Shown: positions 13,215 through 26,002 of the stretch, in pieces
Layout: every line of letters begins with the position of its first letter
Numbering within the stretch: the stretch's first letter is position 1
Assembly (NCBI GenBank): GCA_976551045.1
Contig: CDPCPM010000160.1
Location: forward strand, 1,736,001 to 1,800,000
Reading direction: 5' to 3'
Source of the DNA: Glaucostegus cemiculus
Lineage: Eukaryota
DNA: 64,000 bases
Notes under the pieces: model-generated
Told to the model about the DNA's origin: nothing
The model's input: only the letters and a program-made list of their open reading frames with translations
The model's database searches: none
Position numbers and translations under genes: made by a program

Positions 13215-13770
13215 GAAAGCGTTTTTCACAGCTATCAGTATAAGACGTTGGTTGGGCCACAGTTGGAATATTGTGTGCTCTTCTGTTCACCGCAGTATGG
13301 AAGGTATGTGGTCGTGTGCGGAAGAGATTCTCCAGGATGTTGCCTGGAATGGAGGACTTTAGTTCCAAGGAGAGGTTATACGCTGGGATAGTTGTCACTG
13401 GAGTGTAAGAGGCTGAAGCTGACCTTTCAGGGGTTCACATAATCATGAGCTATATACTCACAGACCTTTCCTCGCGTAGCGGAACCTGAATCAAGAGAAA
13501 ATATGTGAGAGGGAAAATAGTGAAAGCAAATAAGAGAGGCACGTTTGTCATACAAACTGCGGTGGGTGATTGGAACTAGCTACCAGAAGAGATGGTTCAG
13601 GCAGGCAAATCACAGCGTTCACAAAGCATTTGCACAGGTGTATGTACAGGAAATGTAAAGAGGGATAGGATCCAAATGCAGGAACGTAGGATCAAAGTGG
13701 ATGCACATCTCTGTTGGTATGGTCGCATCGGGCCGAATGGCCTGTTTCGCTGCTGAAATACTCCATCACT
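13215..13770 (+). mobile_element. CR1 LINE 3' fragment
   Basis: Degenerate LVRPxLEYC..WSP region, ggatgttgcctggaatggagg, gggccgaatggcctgtt. Boundaries approximate. Confidence 0.7.
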
Positions 13771-14353
13771 TGATTCTGCGCTGATACCTGAACGTCTCAG
13801 ACAAGTTCTTATAATTCGGAGAGTCAAATATGTGAAAGAGGCAGTCGGAATAATGAAGTATCCTGGAATGGACTTAAGCGGCTGCATAGAGAGTTATGTT
13901 CCAGTGAGACGAAGGGGCATCGGACGAGATGACTGAGAATGATTACCTCTGTGTCGAGTTGCTACTGTCTGGAATGTCGCTCCACGCTTCAGTTTGGTCG
14001 CTTGTCAATCTTCAAGGTTGTAAGACACTGAATGGAAATTGAGTAACAGTTGAGTGTACCCGGTGAGGCCCATCTCCTGCAAAGGAAAATCTGCAATGCC
14101 TGACCTGGCTGTGGACTGAACTGGATCGGCATCAACATCTCTAGGATAACGAGAATCTCCAAATCCTGCCACCGAGAAGGAGAAGAACAGGATCAGAACT
14201 TAATTAGGTCAAATCTACAGGGCTTGTGAGAAAGGGGCGGCCATGGAATTAATGTGACAGCAGATGCAATGTGTCCAACAGGCTTCCCTCTGTGTTGCGA
14301 AAATTATTTTGAATCTGTTTGCTGAAATAACTAAACGTGTCGTATTCCCACAG

Positions 14354-14417
14354 ACACCTTGGCTACGGATGTGCAGACTCAGCACAGATGTATGAAAATG
14401 TGCCAAGAAATCAAAAG
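14354..14417 (+). pseudogene. Gene A, cytoplasmic exon 2 (TLAT..QMYENVPRNQK), 1-nt deletion
   Basis: cccacag|ACACCTTGG ... AAG|gttagt. Aligns with gene B exon 25447-25511 but is 64 nt instead of 65. Confidence 0.75.
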
Positions 14418-15094
14418 GTTAGTACAAGTACATCATGATGACTTTGTAATCGCCATCAGTTTTGTATACAGAACGGACAATGTTGTTGTGGAACCGTGGG
14501 AATAATCCCTCATACAGCAGTTGTGGACTGGGGTCAGCAGACTGGGGACCTTAGGAATATATGTATAAAACTTAAAATTGATTCTTTCTTTCATGTTCGA
14601 ATTCACTCTTGTACATCAGAACAATTTTTAAAACACGTTTGGAGGAGTGCATGGATAGGAAGCCTTGACAGGGATATGGGCCAAACACGGGAAGTCGGGG
14701 CAAGCTTGTTGCCACCATAGTCGGGATGGAACAGATGGGCCAAATGACCTGTCTCCATGCAGTAGGATTGCATGGCTCTGTGACTCTATGACTCGTTGGG
14801 AATGGTCCTGATCACGTGCAGCTCGCCAATTGACTTCACTGCCGAAATATCGTACCACTGGACTCTCTAATAATTGGGCTTAAAGACACTCAGTGTGTTC
14901 ACATCTGTGAGAGGACATTTCCATAGAATTGTGAAGCAAATTTATCTGTGTGCAGAACAGGCCTTCGGTACAAAATTGTTCAAAGCAGCAATGGATGTGA
15001 ACACTGAATCCACCTGGTTTCATTTGGGAGGAGAGATAATGACATACTCTGGTCGGTTGATTTATTCGTTATTACTTTATTTTCCCATCCACAG

Positions 15095-15133
15095 AGTAGT
15101 GCTCACCCGACCGATGAAAACTCCACTTACATG
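15095..15133 (+). CDS. Gene A, cytoplasmic exon 3 (SSAHPTDENSTYM), first half of ITAM
   Basis: Polypyrimidine tract + acag|, 39 nt, phase 0-0, donor gtaagg. Homologous to 22156-22197. Confidence 0.8.
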
Positions 15134-15447
15134 GTAAGGGAATTGTGTTTTATTCCTTTTTAGGTAAATGATTCCAGTTTCCCCATTTCGAAACAAAACC
15201 AAGCGGTAACCACTTTAACATGGGAACCCCCTCCAACACATGGCAAGTTCACAGCTGATCCTGTCTCCCACGTCCACTTTCCCGCACGATGCCCATGTAC
15301 GCGGATTCACTTACTGTCCGAGAGCCTATCAGGCTCATCTTAAATCACACTCAAGGGGTTCTATATGATCTTCTGATACACATTTGCCATTGTCAGCTTC
15401 TGAAAATGTTTGTTTGCGAATCATAACAACCATTTCATGTCCAACAG

Positions 15448-15525
15448 GGGCTGGAGTTGGGAGATCGATCAGCTTACAGCGATCTGAGGAAGGATGAGAG
15501 CAGAACGAAGACAACATGTTCTTAA
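15448..15525 (+). CDS. Gene A, cytoplasmic exon 4 (GLELGDRSAYSDLRK...*), second half of ITAM
   Basis: ccaacag|GGGCTG; homologous to 21816-21859. The position of gene B's donor reads ggatga, so the frame runs on to TAA at 15523-15525. Confidence 0.75.
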   Translation, partial: GLELGDRSAYSDLRKDESRTKTTCS

Positions 15526-16736
15526 AAAAGGAAACATTTGCATTCTTCATCATGTCTTTGAAACGTGGACCAATAGAATGGACAGATATCTGCTACAATT
15601 CCATGAGACTATTAGGAGACATACATCAAGCAGTGTAGGCTATAGACAGGTGAAGGGAGACACTAAATTTAAGAGGAACAACTTTACTGAACCGGTAGCC
15701 GTGTAAAACTTACAACGTGACAGGAAATATGCACTTCCGGGACATCTCAAAAACTTACGGTGTTTGACTCCATCGGCTATAACTCCACACAGGTTCCCAC
15801 TGCGGGCCAACGTGAATTGTATTTTGTTTCCTCAGACCACCTCACCTGTGATGCAGAGGGATTTGTTGGTTTATGAATGGCGAGAACAACAGGACAACAA
15901 ACCAAGGAAGATTCCGCTTCATAATGGCTCTCTCATGTTTCCATTACAGCCGTTGTCCATGTCACCTTCTGTTCTTCCCGTGTTTTTCTCTGTCATATCC
16001 TCGCGGCTGAGTCATCGCCCAGCATTAGGAAGAATGGTGTCATTTGGCCTTGTTTCCCACAACGCGCCAAACACTGTTCCCACCTGTCACTTCTCACCCA
16101 CGTCTGGTTGCCACCAAGATTTGCCCCACATCATTCCCGTGCAAAGTGGCTCCTCTCCCTTCTTGATGCAGATCATCGACTGGTTCGTCCTTGACCGCTT
16201 CCGCCGTCCACTCCCATAGACGAAACGAAGCGTCGAATTCAAATTGTTGGCGAACCAGACTTTGTGTTTCTATTGGCCAGGATCATCTTGCAGCCGCCCA
16301 TGCGTTACCGCGACCCCAGCACTCCGGGTATAATGATCCAATATTTTCCACGTTTCCATACCGATCCTCCCTTTTGGCAAGGAGGAAAAGATCGCACCCT
16401 CAGCAAGTCTGATGTGCGTGAGTGACAACTTATTCAACACAACATCAACAGATATTTTACTGCACAGTTTCCAGCCTCGCCTGTCTAGGCGCAGTGTCCT
16501 GGCGTAATTCTCGACAGCACTGAAAACTCGGCTTCATTACCCAGAATCACTGGATGTTGCAACTTCCTTCATTTCTCAATCCACCTTCCGACAAATGTGA
16601 GGACTGTAAATTCTGCTCCCCACATCACCCTCAATCGGTGGCACAGAGAAAAATGTGAACGTGGATGTCGTGTTTCCGTAAACAAGACTGGAATGCACAA
16701 CAAAGTGTTGGCAAGCCACAAGAAATAAAGACTGTT

Positions 16737-18755
16737 AAGAATATAAGAACACAGGACTATAACAAAAAGGAGAAACAGTAGGACATTTGCCACCATGAAT
16801 CTGCTCCGCCATTCAATAAGATCGTGACTGGTCTGGCCGTGGACTCAGCTCCACCTATCTGCCTTTACCCCATGCTACTTAATTTCCCCACTGTGATAAA
16901 AATCTGTCCAACTATGCCTTAACTATATTTAATGAGATCGTCCCGACTGAATCCCTGGAGAGAGAATTCCACAGAGTCACTATTCACTGGAAAAAACAAT
17001 TTCTCCTCGTCTGTGTCCTAACTTTACTCCCCCGAATCTTGAGGCTATGTCCCCTAGTTGTAGTCTCACATATTTGTGGAACAACCTTCCTGACTAAACC
17101 ATCTTATCTCTCCCTTTCATAATTGTATATGTTTCGTTCAGATGCCCGCTCATTCTTCTGAATTCCAGGGAGTATAGTTCCAGGCAACTCAATATCTCCT
17201 TACAGGATAAAACCCCTCAACTCCAGAATCACCCCAGTGAAAATCTTCTGCACCGCCTACAAGGCCAGCAAATCTTTTCTCAACTAAGGGGACCAGAACT
17301 GCAGGGGATATTCCAGTTGCCGCCTCAGCAGTACCGTGCAGAGTTCCAGCATAACCTCCCTGGTCATAAATTCAATCCCTCTTGCAATGAAAGCGAAATT
17401 TAAATTTGCCATCTTCATAACGTGTTGCAACTGCAAACCAACCTTTTGCGATTCATGCACTCCGAAGCCCCCTGCACAACAGCATGTTGCAATCTTTCAC
17501 CATTTAAATAATCTGATACTCTTTTTTTTCAAAGTGGATGACATCTCATTTACCAATGTTGTACAACATCTGCCAGAACCTTGCCCACTCACTTAACCTA
17601 TCAATGTCTTTCCTTTCCTATGCTTGCTTCGTGGGTCTTTTTGTTGCTTTGTGAAGTTTGACCAATCTTCCAGTTTCCCACTGCTCTTGGCGACTTTGGA
17701 TCCAGAAGCTTAAAGCTTGAAACCTTTAATTACTTCAGTTACCCAAGACTGGCTCTCCCTACCCTAACTGTCCTTGCTTTTAACTGAAATATGCTTCTGT
17801 TGACCCCCATGAAATATCTACTTGAAAGTCATATTATGTTCCTCAACTGTCCCACCTGCGTTTCCAGTCGACGGAAGCCAACAACCTAATTCCGCTGTGG
17901 TCTCCCTTGTTCAGGCGAAATACACTGGTTTAAGATTGAATTATTGCACTCTCCAATTGTATGAGAAATCCAGTCACACAATGATCACTCTTTCCAAGTG
18001 GAATCCCAAACTACAAGATCGTTAATTTCACCTGTTTCATTGCACAGCAGCAGATCAAAGATAGCATTTTCCCCTTAGGCTCACTGAAATGCTGTTCAAG
18101 AAATCTATCACCAATGCATTCCAAGAGGTCCTCCACAAGACTTCCTCGAACCAACCATTCGCCCAATCTACGTGGAATTTAAGGACCTCCTTGACAACGA
18201 CCGTTCCATTCTTACATGAACCGGGTATTTCTTGATTTATATATTTATTGTCTGTGCCACTGTCATATTATTACTCGGTAGCTTATACACAACTCGCACC
18301 AGTGATTTTTCCCTGTACTATTCCTAATCTCGACGCAGATTGACTCAATTTTCTGCTCCTTTAAATTCATATCGTCTCTCAATATCGGTCGGATCTCATT
18401 CTTAATTAAAAGCGCAACACTACTTCCCTTACTTCCTGCCTGTCCTTCCGTATTAACTGATATCTGTGGATATTTAATTCCCACTTATCTCCAGCCTTAA
18501 ACCACGTTTCTGTAATGACCACTAAACCATATCTACTGATTTGTGCCACAAGTTCACTGACCTTGATTTATGTACTACGGGCATTCAGATAAAACGCCCT
18601 GAAACTCATTGTCCTTTTATAATCCAGTAACCTTTGTGTCATTTGCATTTGGATTGACTGTACTCCACTCTCGCTTTTCCCTTTTCTAACTTTACCTCTG
18701 GTCTCTGCTTTCCTCCCCTCTTTCTTTCTGCATGGATTCCCATCCCCCTGCCAAA
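16737..18755 (-). mobile_element. CR1 LINE, internally deleted
   Basis: 3' tail near 16740; endonuclease remnant VALLIKNEI..IESICVEIRN in ORF 18263-18484. Confidence 0.75.
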
Positions 18756-19149
18756 TGAGTTTATATTATATTTGAAGAATGTTCACACATCGAATACCTC
18801 TCTTCAGTTTGTACCTTTCTCAAGTGCCTTTTCCATGCGTAAATGTTTCTATATCAAGCAAATAAACAATATGTATCGGCTTCCAACGTGTTTGTTAAGT
18901 GCTAATTTATTTCATCTATGCCAACATAATAATAAATATAACCACAAAAGGGCTCCTATATTATGTTTTCCTCCACTTCCAAACTGACGGATCTTGGCAT
19001 CCATTGGAATACAGACTGTTCAATGGGATATTCCCGTAGTGGATGTGAGTTTCTCCTTCCCCTGGCGTCGAAGTCCAATCCACTTTGAATTCAAGTCATG
19101 TTACAAGACTATGACTTGAAGAAGCCATTAACTTTGCTCTATCCGCGTC

Positions 19150-19880
19150 GACCATCTAGTTCTCCAGGTTGCCAACCATTTCAAACCCCTCCTCTATTTC
19201 CATGCCGACCCCTCCGTCCTCGGCCTCCTCCGCTACCAGGGTGAGAGAAAACGTAAGCTTGAGAAGCAACACTTCATGTTAGGCATCAGCCTGCCACCCG
19301 TCGGCATGAACTTTGAATTCTCCAATTTCAGGTACACTCCTCCTTCTCTGTCTCATTCTGATCTCCCCATGTCCTCCTGCAGACACCCATTTCCCCCAAA
19401 ACCCTAATTTTCCGCCTTCCCAATACATGAAGTATTGCTCCTCAAGCTTGTGTTTGGTGTGACCCTGGTAGCGGAGGCGGCCGAGGAAGGAGAGGTCGGA
19501 TTGGAAGTGGAGGAGGGAGTTCAAATGTTTGGCAACCTGGAGATCTAGATGGAGTAATACGCTCTTCACTCACACCCTCCTCCCTCTCGCTTCCCTCCCC
19601 TCACCGTTCCTATCTGCAAATCCCACCTTCTTTATTTGATTCCATGCTCCAACATCCTTTTCTGTGAGATGACATAATCTGCAATCAATTCTAGCCTCCA
19701 GCGATCAGCTCCGAGCCTCTTTTGCGATCTCTACTCTTACCTCTTCCAGCTGATCCCATCTGCCAATGACCCCTCCTTACCTGGATCCACAGATCACATG
19801 TCAGCTCCTGCCTCAATCCTTCTCCTTACCTCTTCATTCTAGCTATCTCCACTCTCCTCTTTCAGTCCAGAAGGGCCTGT
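19150..19880. mobile_element. Penelope-like element remnants including an inverted segment
   Basis: GIY-YIG tail-like HTKHKLEEQYF in ORF 19279-19569 and ggcatgaac..gaattctccaatttcagg, followed by a pyrimidine-rich tail. Confidence 0.55.
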
Positions 19881-21682
19881 TTCTATACCACACTGCTCCA
19901 TTTTCTACTGAATTGATGCGTGTGGAGGAAATAGCACTTGGACAACACGATCGGATGGAAACATGGAAAATCATTTAATTGTTTTATAACAGAAGCATTG
20001 ACACATGGGAGCAGCACATTTAATAAATATGGAAAGTGAACGGAGATATGTAATGTATCGGTATTCTGCAAAAATATTTTTCTCAAATTGGACAGTTGCA
20101 AAGGGAACTCAATCAGAGTCTCTGCAAGCAGAACGATAGACCGAGCCAATGATAGCGGCGATCAGGAACATAAAGTGGCTGAAAGCACTTGACTGAATGG
20201 GTTTAAAGGAGTTTGAAATAAAACGTTCAATGCGGGAGACAGTCAATAGGTCAGGCAGTATGTAAGGAGGCACAACGAGATTACGATTCATCTGGAGATA
20301 ATTTCATCAGAATCCCGGGGGCACCTTCATATCAATGACTGAGATGGAGAGACGCGGGCACCAGAACGAAGGAGGGCGCCTTCTGCAATCCCACTGCCAA
20401 CATCCCTCTTGTTTATTCGAACACCTGACGATTATCGCACTTTGCTTTGTTACACTGAGCGCAATTTTAATTCAATGTCATTATTTCTGTCTCCTCTGAA
20501 ACCTGTAACCATGACAGTAATGTGCTATTACTGCCCGTGTTTATTCCTTGTTTTCCTCGAGGCCAGGGTTAGATAGGTGTATTTGTCTCCTCAATCCATC
20601 CTCTTTGTTTCCTGGAATTCTCAATGAAGAATTAAGGACTACAAAACGACGTTCCTTTGCTCTTTATTTTACCAAAACATGACGTTAACGCTCCACTTCG
20701 GGTCCATTGGAAAGTCGGTCTTCTGCCTTGCCACTCCGTCCAACTCCATTTTTGCCTTCCTACCACAGGCTGAGGGCGGGACAGTAAAATCAGGAGAGTG
20801 ACCGGGTAGAAGACAGGTTCGTGGCTGCTGCTGGTTATGGGATTAGGCACCAAGGTTGTCATTCCCATCGTGAATGATCACAATCGCCGGTCAGCTGGAT
20901 GTCCCCCAGAAAAATCTACTGATGGGTTGTTCAACCAGAAAGCAACTCTCTCCTGCCAAAAGGGAAGTTCGGGACTGTAAGCCGCACATTATTGGGACAT
21001 GAAACGGGGAAGTCAGAGTCACCTGACCGCATAAGCAGCTGCAGTCAGGTACAGTCCAAGGGAAAACGGTTTGAGAGCTATACTCTGCAATGGTTTAGGG
21101 ACTGTCCGCAGGTACTGGTCAGAGACGGCCAAGTCCGTAATCCGGGTCAAGAGGTTAAACAAATCACATCGTATAGCAACGTTGAGAGGGGAAATGTGGG
21201 TGGATGTGGGAAGGGTTTCTATCAGATTTTTCCATAGGTCGGAGGGGAGTAGGCAGAGGTGAGGGAACCACGTCGAGCAGACACCATTAACTCATAATCC
21301 TCAGGGCTGTCGCTGTTCTGGGAATGTGACACTCGGGAGGCATCTGAGGGCTAAATGCACAACAGTTGTGAAGGAAAAGTGAGAGACGTATTGCACAGCG
21401 GTATCTTCCTCGATCAGTTGTCCTTCTGCCGTCGCCATTCACAAGCCAAGAATCCTCCACTCGTCACCAATGACGTCATCTATGGGAACAACATACAGTT
21501 CATGTTCGTGTTTGACCCTCTGAACTTTATCTCCTTCTGGCGGTCAACCGTTTTATCCAGCTACTTCATCTGTTTTAAAATGCCACTGATTCACGAAAAA
21601 TGATCCCGTAAAAGATCATTGACTCCCTCCGTGTCCCCGTCGATCTTCAGGCCGATAGTTCTACAGATCTTACATCAGCAAA

Positions 21683-21722
21683 TCATAGGCAACATGTCGT
21701 GGGCACAATCCTGGCCCTGTGT
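21683..21722 (-). CDS. Gene B, candidate terminal exon (HRARIVPTTCCL*)
   Basis: First plausible acceptor (gtaacag) 93 nt after the phase-2 donor. No homology support. Confidence 0.3.
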
Positions 21723-21815
21723 CTGTTACACAATGGCGAGACATGGAGAAATAATGGGTGTGCTTCCTTTTCAAATTACATTTTGGATCACCTGTCAAAT
21801 GATGTTCCCACATAC

Positions 21816-21859
21816 CTCTTCAGGTCACTGTAAACGGATCGATCTTCCACCTTCAGTCC
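21816..21859 (-). CDS. Gene B, cytoplasmic exon 4 (GLKVEDRSVYSDLK)
   Basis: tttaacag|GGACTG ... AG|gtatgt, 44 nt. Homolog at 15448. Confidence 0.85.
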
Positions 21860-22155
21860 CTGTTAAACGTGAAGAAATCGCCCTGATTCACAACAAATTG
21901 TAACAGAAGCCGTTATTAACAATAACAGAATTTAAAGATCATAAAATAAATCCTCGTGAGTATTTAACACTTAGACACTGAATAGAATTTACAGACGTGA
22001 GGACCAAAGAGGAAAGCGCATCTGAGACACACAGTTATGACATTAAATGGCTGAGAAGGCTCGAGGAGTCGAATTGCTGGCACTTGCTTGTGTTTCTTGG
22101 TGAGTGAAATGGAAGCATTTCCTTCAAGAAGGAAAGAACAACGAAGTTCTCGTAC

Positions 22156-22197
22156 CATGTAAGTGGAGTTTCCATCTGGTGCATTCGTACTTTTATT
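22156..22197 (-). CDS. Gene B, cytoplasmic exon 3 (NKSTNAPDGNSTYM)
   Basis: tctatccag|AAT ... ATG|gtacga, 42 nt, phase 0-0. Homolog at 15095. Confidence 0.85.
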
Positions 22198-22444
22198 CTG
22201 GATAGAGAAAAATATATATATATTTGGCAATAACACAAACTATTCAATGATCTCTCCCCACACATGAATGGTTCTCTCCCCACACATGAGGATCAATGTT
22301 CACATCTTTTACTCAATAATTCACCGTTCGCCCGCTCTGAATTACGCCTGATTTTAACACAGAGTGATAGCGAAATATTGTCCCTAAGATGGTGAAAACT
22401 TCTCAAGGCAATGACACCATTAGTGAGGCTCCAGTAATACATAT

Positions 22445-24910
22445 GAACACAAGAAATCAGGGTAGGAGTAGGTCATCTGGCCCATCGACCCTGCCCCGCC
22501 ACTCAATAAAGTTATGACTTATCCGTCCGTGGACTCGGCTCCGCCCAGCTACCTTTCCCCCATAACCCTGAATTCCCCCCCAGCATGCACAAATCTACCT
22601 AACTGCGCCTCACATAGGTTTGATGAGACAGCCTCTACTGCTTCCCTTGGCAGATAATTCCACAGATTCAATACTTTCTGGGAAAAGCAGTCTTTCCTGA
22701 TCTCCATCCTAGATCTATTCCACGAATATTGAGGTGATGCGTTATCGCCAATTCCATGCGTACTTTTATTATCGATAAGTCTTTACTTCGACACCTTAAT
22801 GATCACCTTCTGCAACTCAAGTACACAATATCCATCTGTCCCATATATCCTCTACGCTCATTATATACTCAAAGAACTCTAGTTAGTTTGTCAAACAGGA
22901 CCAGTTCTTCCTGAATTCATGCTGATGCAAACACTTCCATTCATATGTCTCGTTGTTTCTTCATTGGAGTTAGATTCAGGCATTTTCCTAACTACAGGTG
23001 TGAAACCAACTGCTATATACTTACCAGCAGTTTTCCCACATCCTTTTTAAACAATGCGCCGAGACCTGCCCAAAGACCAGAAATTTTGGTAAATTCTCAC
23101 AACCTCCTCGACGATTACTTCCGCCATTTCTTTCAGTTCCCTGGGACACAGCCCATCAGGACCAGAGGACCTGTCTGCCTTTCGGACCACGAGTTTACGT
23201 ATCATTAACTATTTACTGACTGTATCGAGGATCTCACCTCCCATCGCATCCATAACATCTTTCTTTGGCATGTTAGACGTCTCTTTCACCGTGAAGACAG
23301 ACGCGAAATTGTTGTCCTAGGTCTCGGCCATTTCCACATTACCCAATATTAATCCCCCCTTCTCCTGTTTCGAGGGACCTACGTTCATTTTAGCCACGCT
23401 TAACTGCTTTGTATAATTACAAAACCATTTACAATCTGTACCTGTATTTTGTGCCAGTTTCCTTTCATAATCTATCTTCCCTTTCCTTATTGCTTGCTTG
23501 GCGGTTCTTTGCTGCTTTTTAAAGTTTACCCAATCTGCCAGTATTCCACTACACATGGCGACTCTATGTCTGCGTGAGCATGTAGGCTTCCCTTCTTTGC
23601 TTGGTTATGCAATGCTGTCTCTCCGCACACTCATTGTCGTTGTCTTTAATTGCAATATCCTTTATTGAACACCGTAAAAAACCTCGTTCTAAGTCTTCCA
23701 CTTTTCAACTGTCCCATCATAAATTATGTGTTTCCAGTCTACGCTAGCCAACTCGTCCCCCATCCAGCTGTAGTCTCACTTGCTTAGGCATATTACGCTG
23801 GTTTCAGAAGGAACGTTGAATCCTCCAGCAGCATGAGAAATTCAGTCACGCTATGACCACCTTCACCAAGTGGATCCGGAACAACCAGGTCGTTAATTTG
23901 ACCTGTCTCAATACACGGGACTAGATCTACGATAACATTTTCCATTGTGGGTTGAAGTAATCTACCTCGGGTATATTTTATGAAGTCCTCCTCAAGATTG
24001 CCTCGACCGACTTGGTTCGCCCAGTCTATGTGGAAGTTAAGTCCTCCATGACAAATGCCGTTGCATGCTAACATGCTCTGATATTTCTTGGTTTATTACC
24101 TGTGCCACTGTAATGTGATTATTCCGTGGTCAACAGACAACTCCCACCAGTGACTTTTTCCGGGTACCAGTCCTAACCTCCACCCAGATGGACGCAATAT
24201 TCTAATCCTTTGATATCATACCGTTTCTAACGATCGGCCTGATCTCATGTTTAATTGAGAGCACTACCTCCCCTTACTAAACTTTCTGCATATCCGGCCG
24301 TATTATCTGATTGCCTCGCATATTTAATCCACAAATATTTCTACCCTGCCACTGCATTTCTGTAATGACCAATAAATCAGACCCCTTTCTACTGGTTTGT
24401 GCCACAAATTCACTGACTTTGGTTCGAATATGTGGGCATTAAAATAAAGTGCCTTTTAGATTCTAACAAGCTTGGTGCCTTTTGCATTTGACTCTTCCCT
24501 ATTCCACGCTTACTTTTCTCTTTTCTAACTTTTGCATCGCGTCCCTCTGTCTTTCTGCATTGATTCCCATCCCCCTGACATATCATTTCAAACCCTCCAC
24601 AACATCGCGAGCAAACAATCGCCCAAGGACATTGATCCCAGTCCTGCCCAGATGAAGGTCGGCCGGTTTATTCAGGTCCCACTTTCCAAAAAACCGTTTC
24701 TAATGCCCGAGGTAATCTGAAACCCTCCCTCCTGCACATATGATCAAGCCACAAATTCATCTAAACTGTGCTGAATTTCCTACCCTGACCAGCCCCTGGC
24801 ACAGATAGAAATCCTGAGATCATTACATTTGAGGTCCTACTTTTTAACTTATCTCCTTGCTCCCTAAATTCGGGTTTTAAGAAATAAATTCGGGTTTTTC
24901 CCTACGTTGT
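22445..24910 (-). mobile_element. CR1 LINE, decayed (same family as 16737-18755)
   Basis: KQAIRKGKIDYERKLAQN and NFHIDWANQVG..EEDF ORF2 remnants; matching 3' end. Confidence 0.8.
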
Positions 24911-25446
24911 TGGGATCTATGTGCACCAAGACAGGGATATGGTGGTTGTTTCTGACGACCAACTCCTCTTCGTAAACATTCCTCATAATGCGCTAGTTTA
25001 GATCTGTCCGTGGAGTAGGGGGTTGAATTTTAAGTAATATCTAAAACATGTATGACAAATAGTGGCCTAAAGTGATGGTAATCATGTACTGCTGCCTGTC
25101 ATAAACAGCGAGCAGGCCTAGAACTGATCTCAGAAAGAAATCTGCCATCTTTGCCCAGCCTTCCCAACCCTTGTAACTCCAGCACCACCCATGTTGTTTC
25201 ATTCGGATGAATCTACAGATCAAGATCAAGGTCAATCACGGGCCGACAACAATTGCGGGCGTTGTCATTAACGCTCCTCCCCAGTGAAAAGAGAAGTTTA
25301 AGAAGTTCGACATACGACTCGGGAAAGGAAAGATAATGCATGCAGTTCAGAGCTGCCAAATACAAAATTACTCTCATGGCTGCAATACAACATCGCCTCT
25401 CCTTAAAACAGCACCTAAAACCATGAATATAATGCCAGGTACCAAC

Positions 25447-25511
25447 CTGTTCATTCCTTGGGAGATATTCATAGGTCTGCAATGCGTTCGCGGTGTTTGT
25501 GGCCAAGGTGC
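25447..25511 (-). CDS. Gene B, cytoplasmic exon 2 (STLATNTANALQTYEYLPRNEQ)
   Basis: ttccatag|GC ... CAG|gttggt, 65 nt, phase 1 to 0. Homolog at 14354. Confidence 0.8.
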
Positions 25512-26002
25512 CTATGGAAATAAAACACATGCAGTCACAGCAGCGAAAAGCATCAGGAGAAGTTATTCAGCACAGAGGAAATCTATCCGGCTCCATTCAT
25601 GGGACCAGCTATCAAATTAGGTTCATGACCTCTCCTGGCTATGAGCAAATGAACATTCGTCCAGTAACTGAAATCATATGATGAAAATAAAGAGAGATTC
25701 GCTTTGCATAAACTCGTATTCACCTTCCACACTCACATTCTAGTATTGAGTTGAAAAGTTCAACTTATTTAACCGGACAAAACGTTTAACATAACAGCGG
25801 AATTCATGACCGTTGTTACGAAGTAGCTTACTTAGGCAAATATCCCTTTAAGATGGGACATTGTGTGTGTGTGCAACGTGTTGCGTCAGCAGAAGATGGG
25901 ACTAACGTGATGAGGTCACTGCAAGAAAGAAAAAGATAGGAGAGAGAGAGAGACAGACAGATGGAAAGAGAGAAGAAGGAGAGACGGCAGCTTGTTTTGT
26001 TT

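Larger units (their letters stand above)
266..15525 (+). pseudogene. CEACAM-like gene A (3' part: A3-B3-A4-B4-TM-4 cytoplasmic exons, ITAM-type), disrupted
   Basis: Ordered phase-1 IgC2 exons, a CEACAM-type TM exon and cytoplasmic exons homologous to gene B. Frameshifts or stops in B3, A4, B4 and the cytoplasmic exons. The 5' part lies upstream of the window. Confidence 0.85.

Noticed and set aside
15764-16219. 151-aa ORF with an LVYEW motif as a further cytoplasmic exon of gene A
   Set aside because: No counterpart in gene B and no recognisable domain; the ITAM exon upstream already reaches a stop.
20860-21500. Overlapping short ORFs between genes A and B
   Set aside because: No recognisable protein motifs or splice pattern; left unannotated.
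25916-26002. Hydrophobic C-terminus on the gag ORF (possible membrane-anchored or domesticated gag)
   Set aside because: It is read-through into the CT-rich inverted LTR copy. The element is young and shows no sign of selection.
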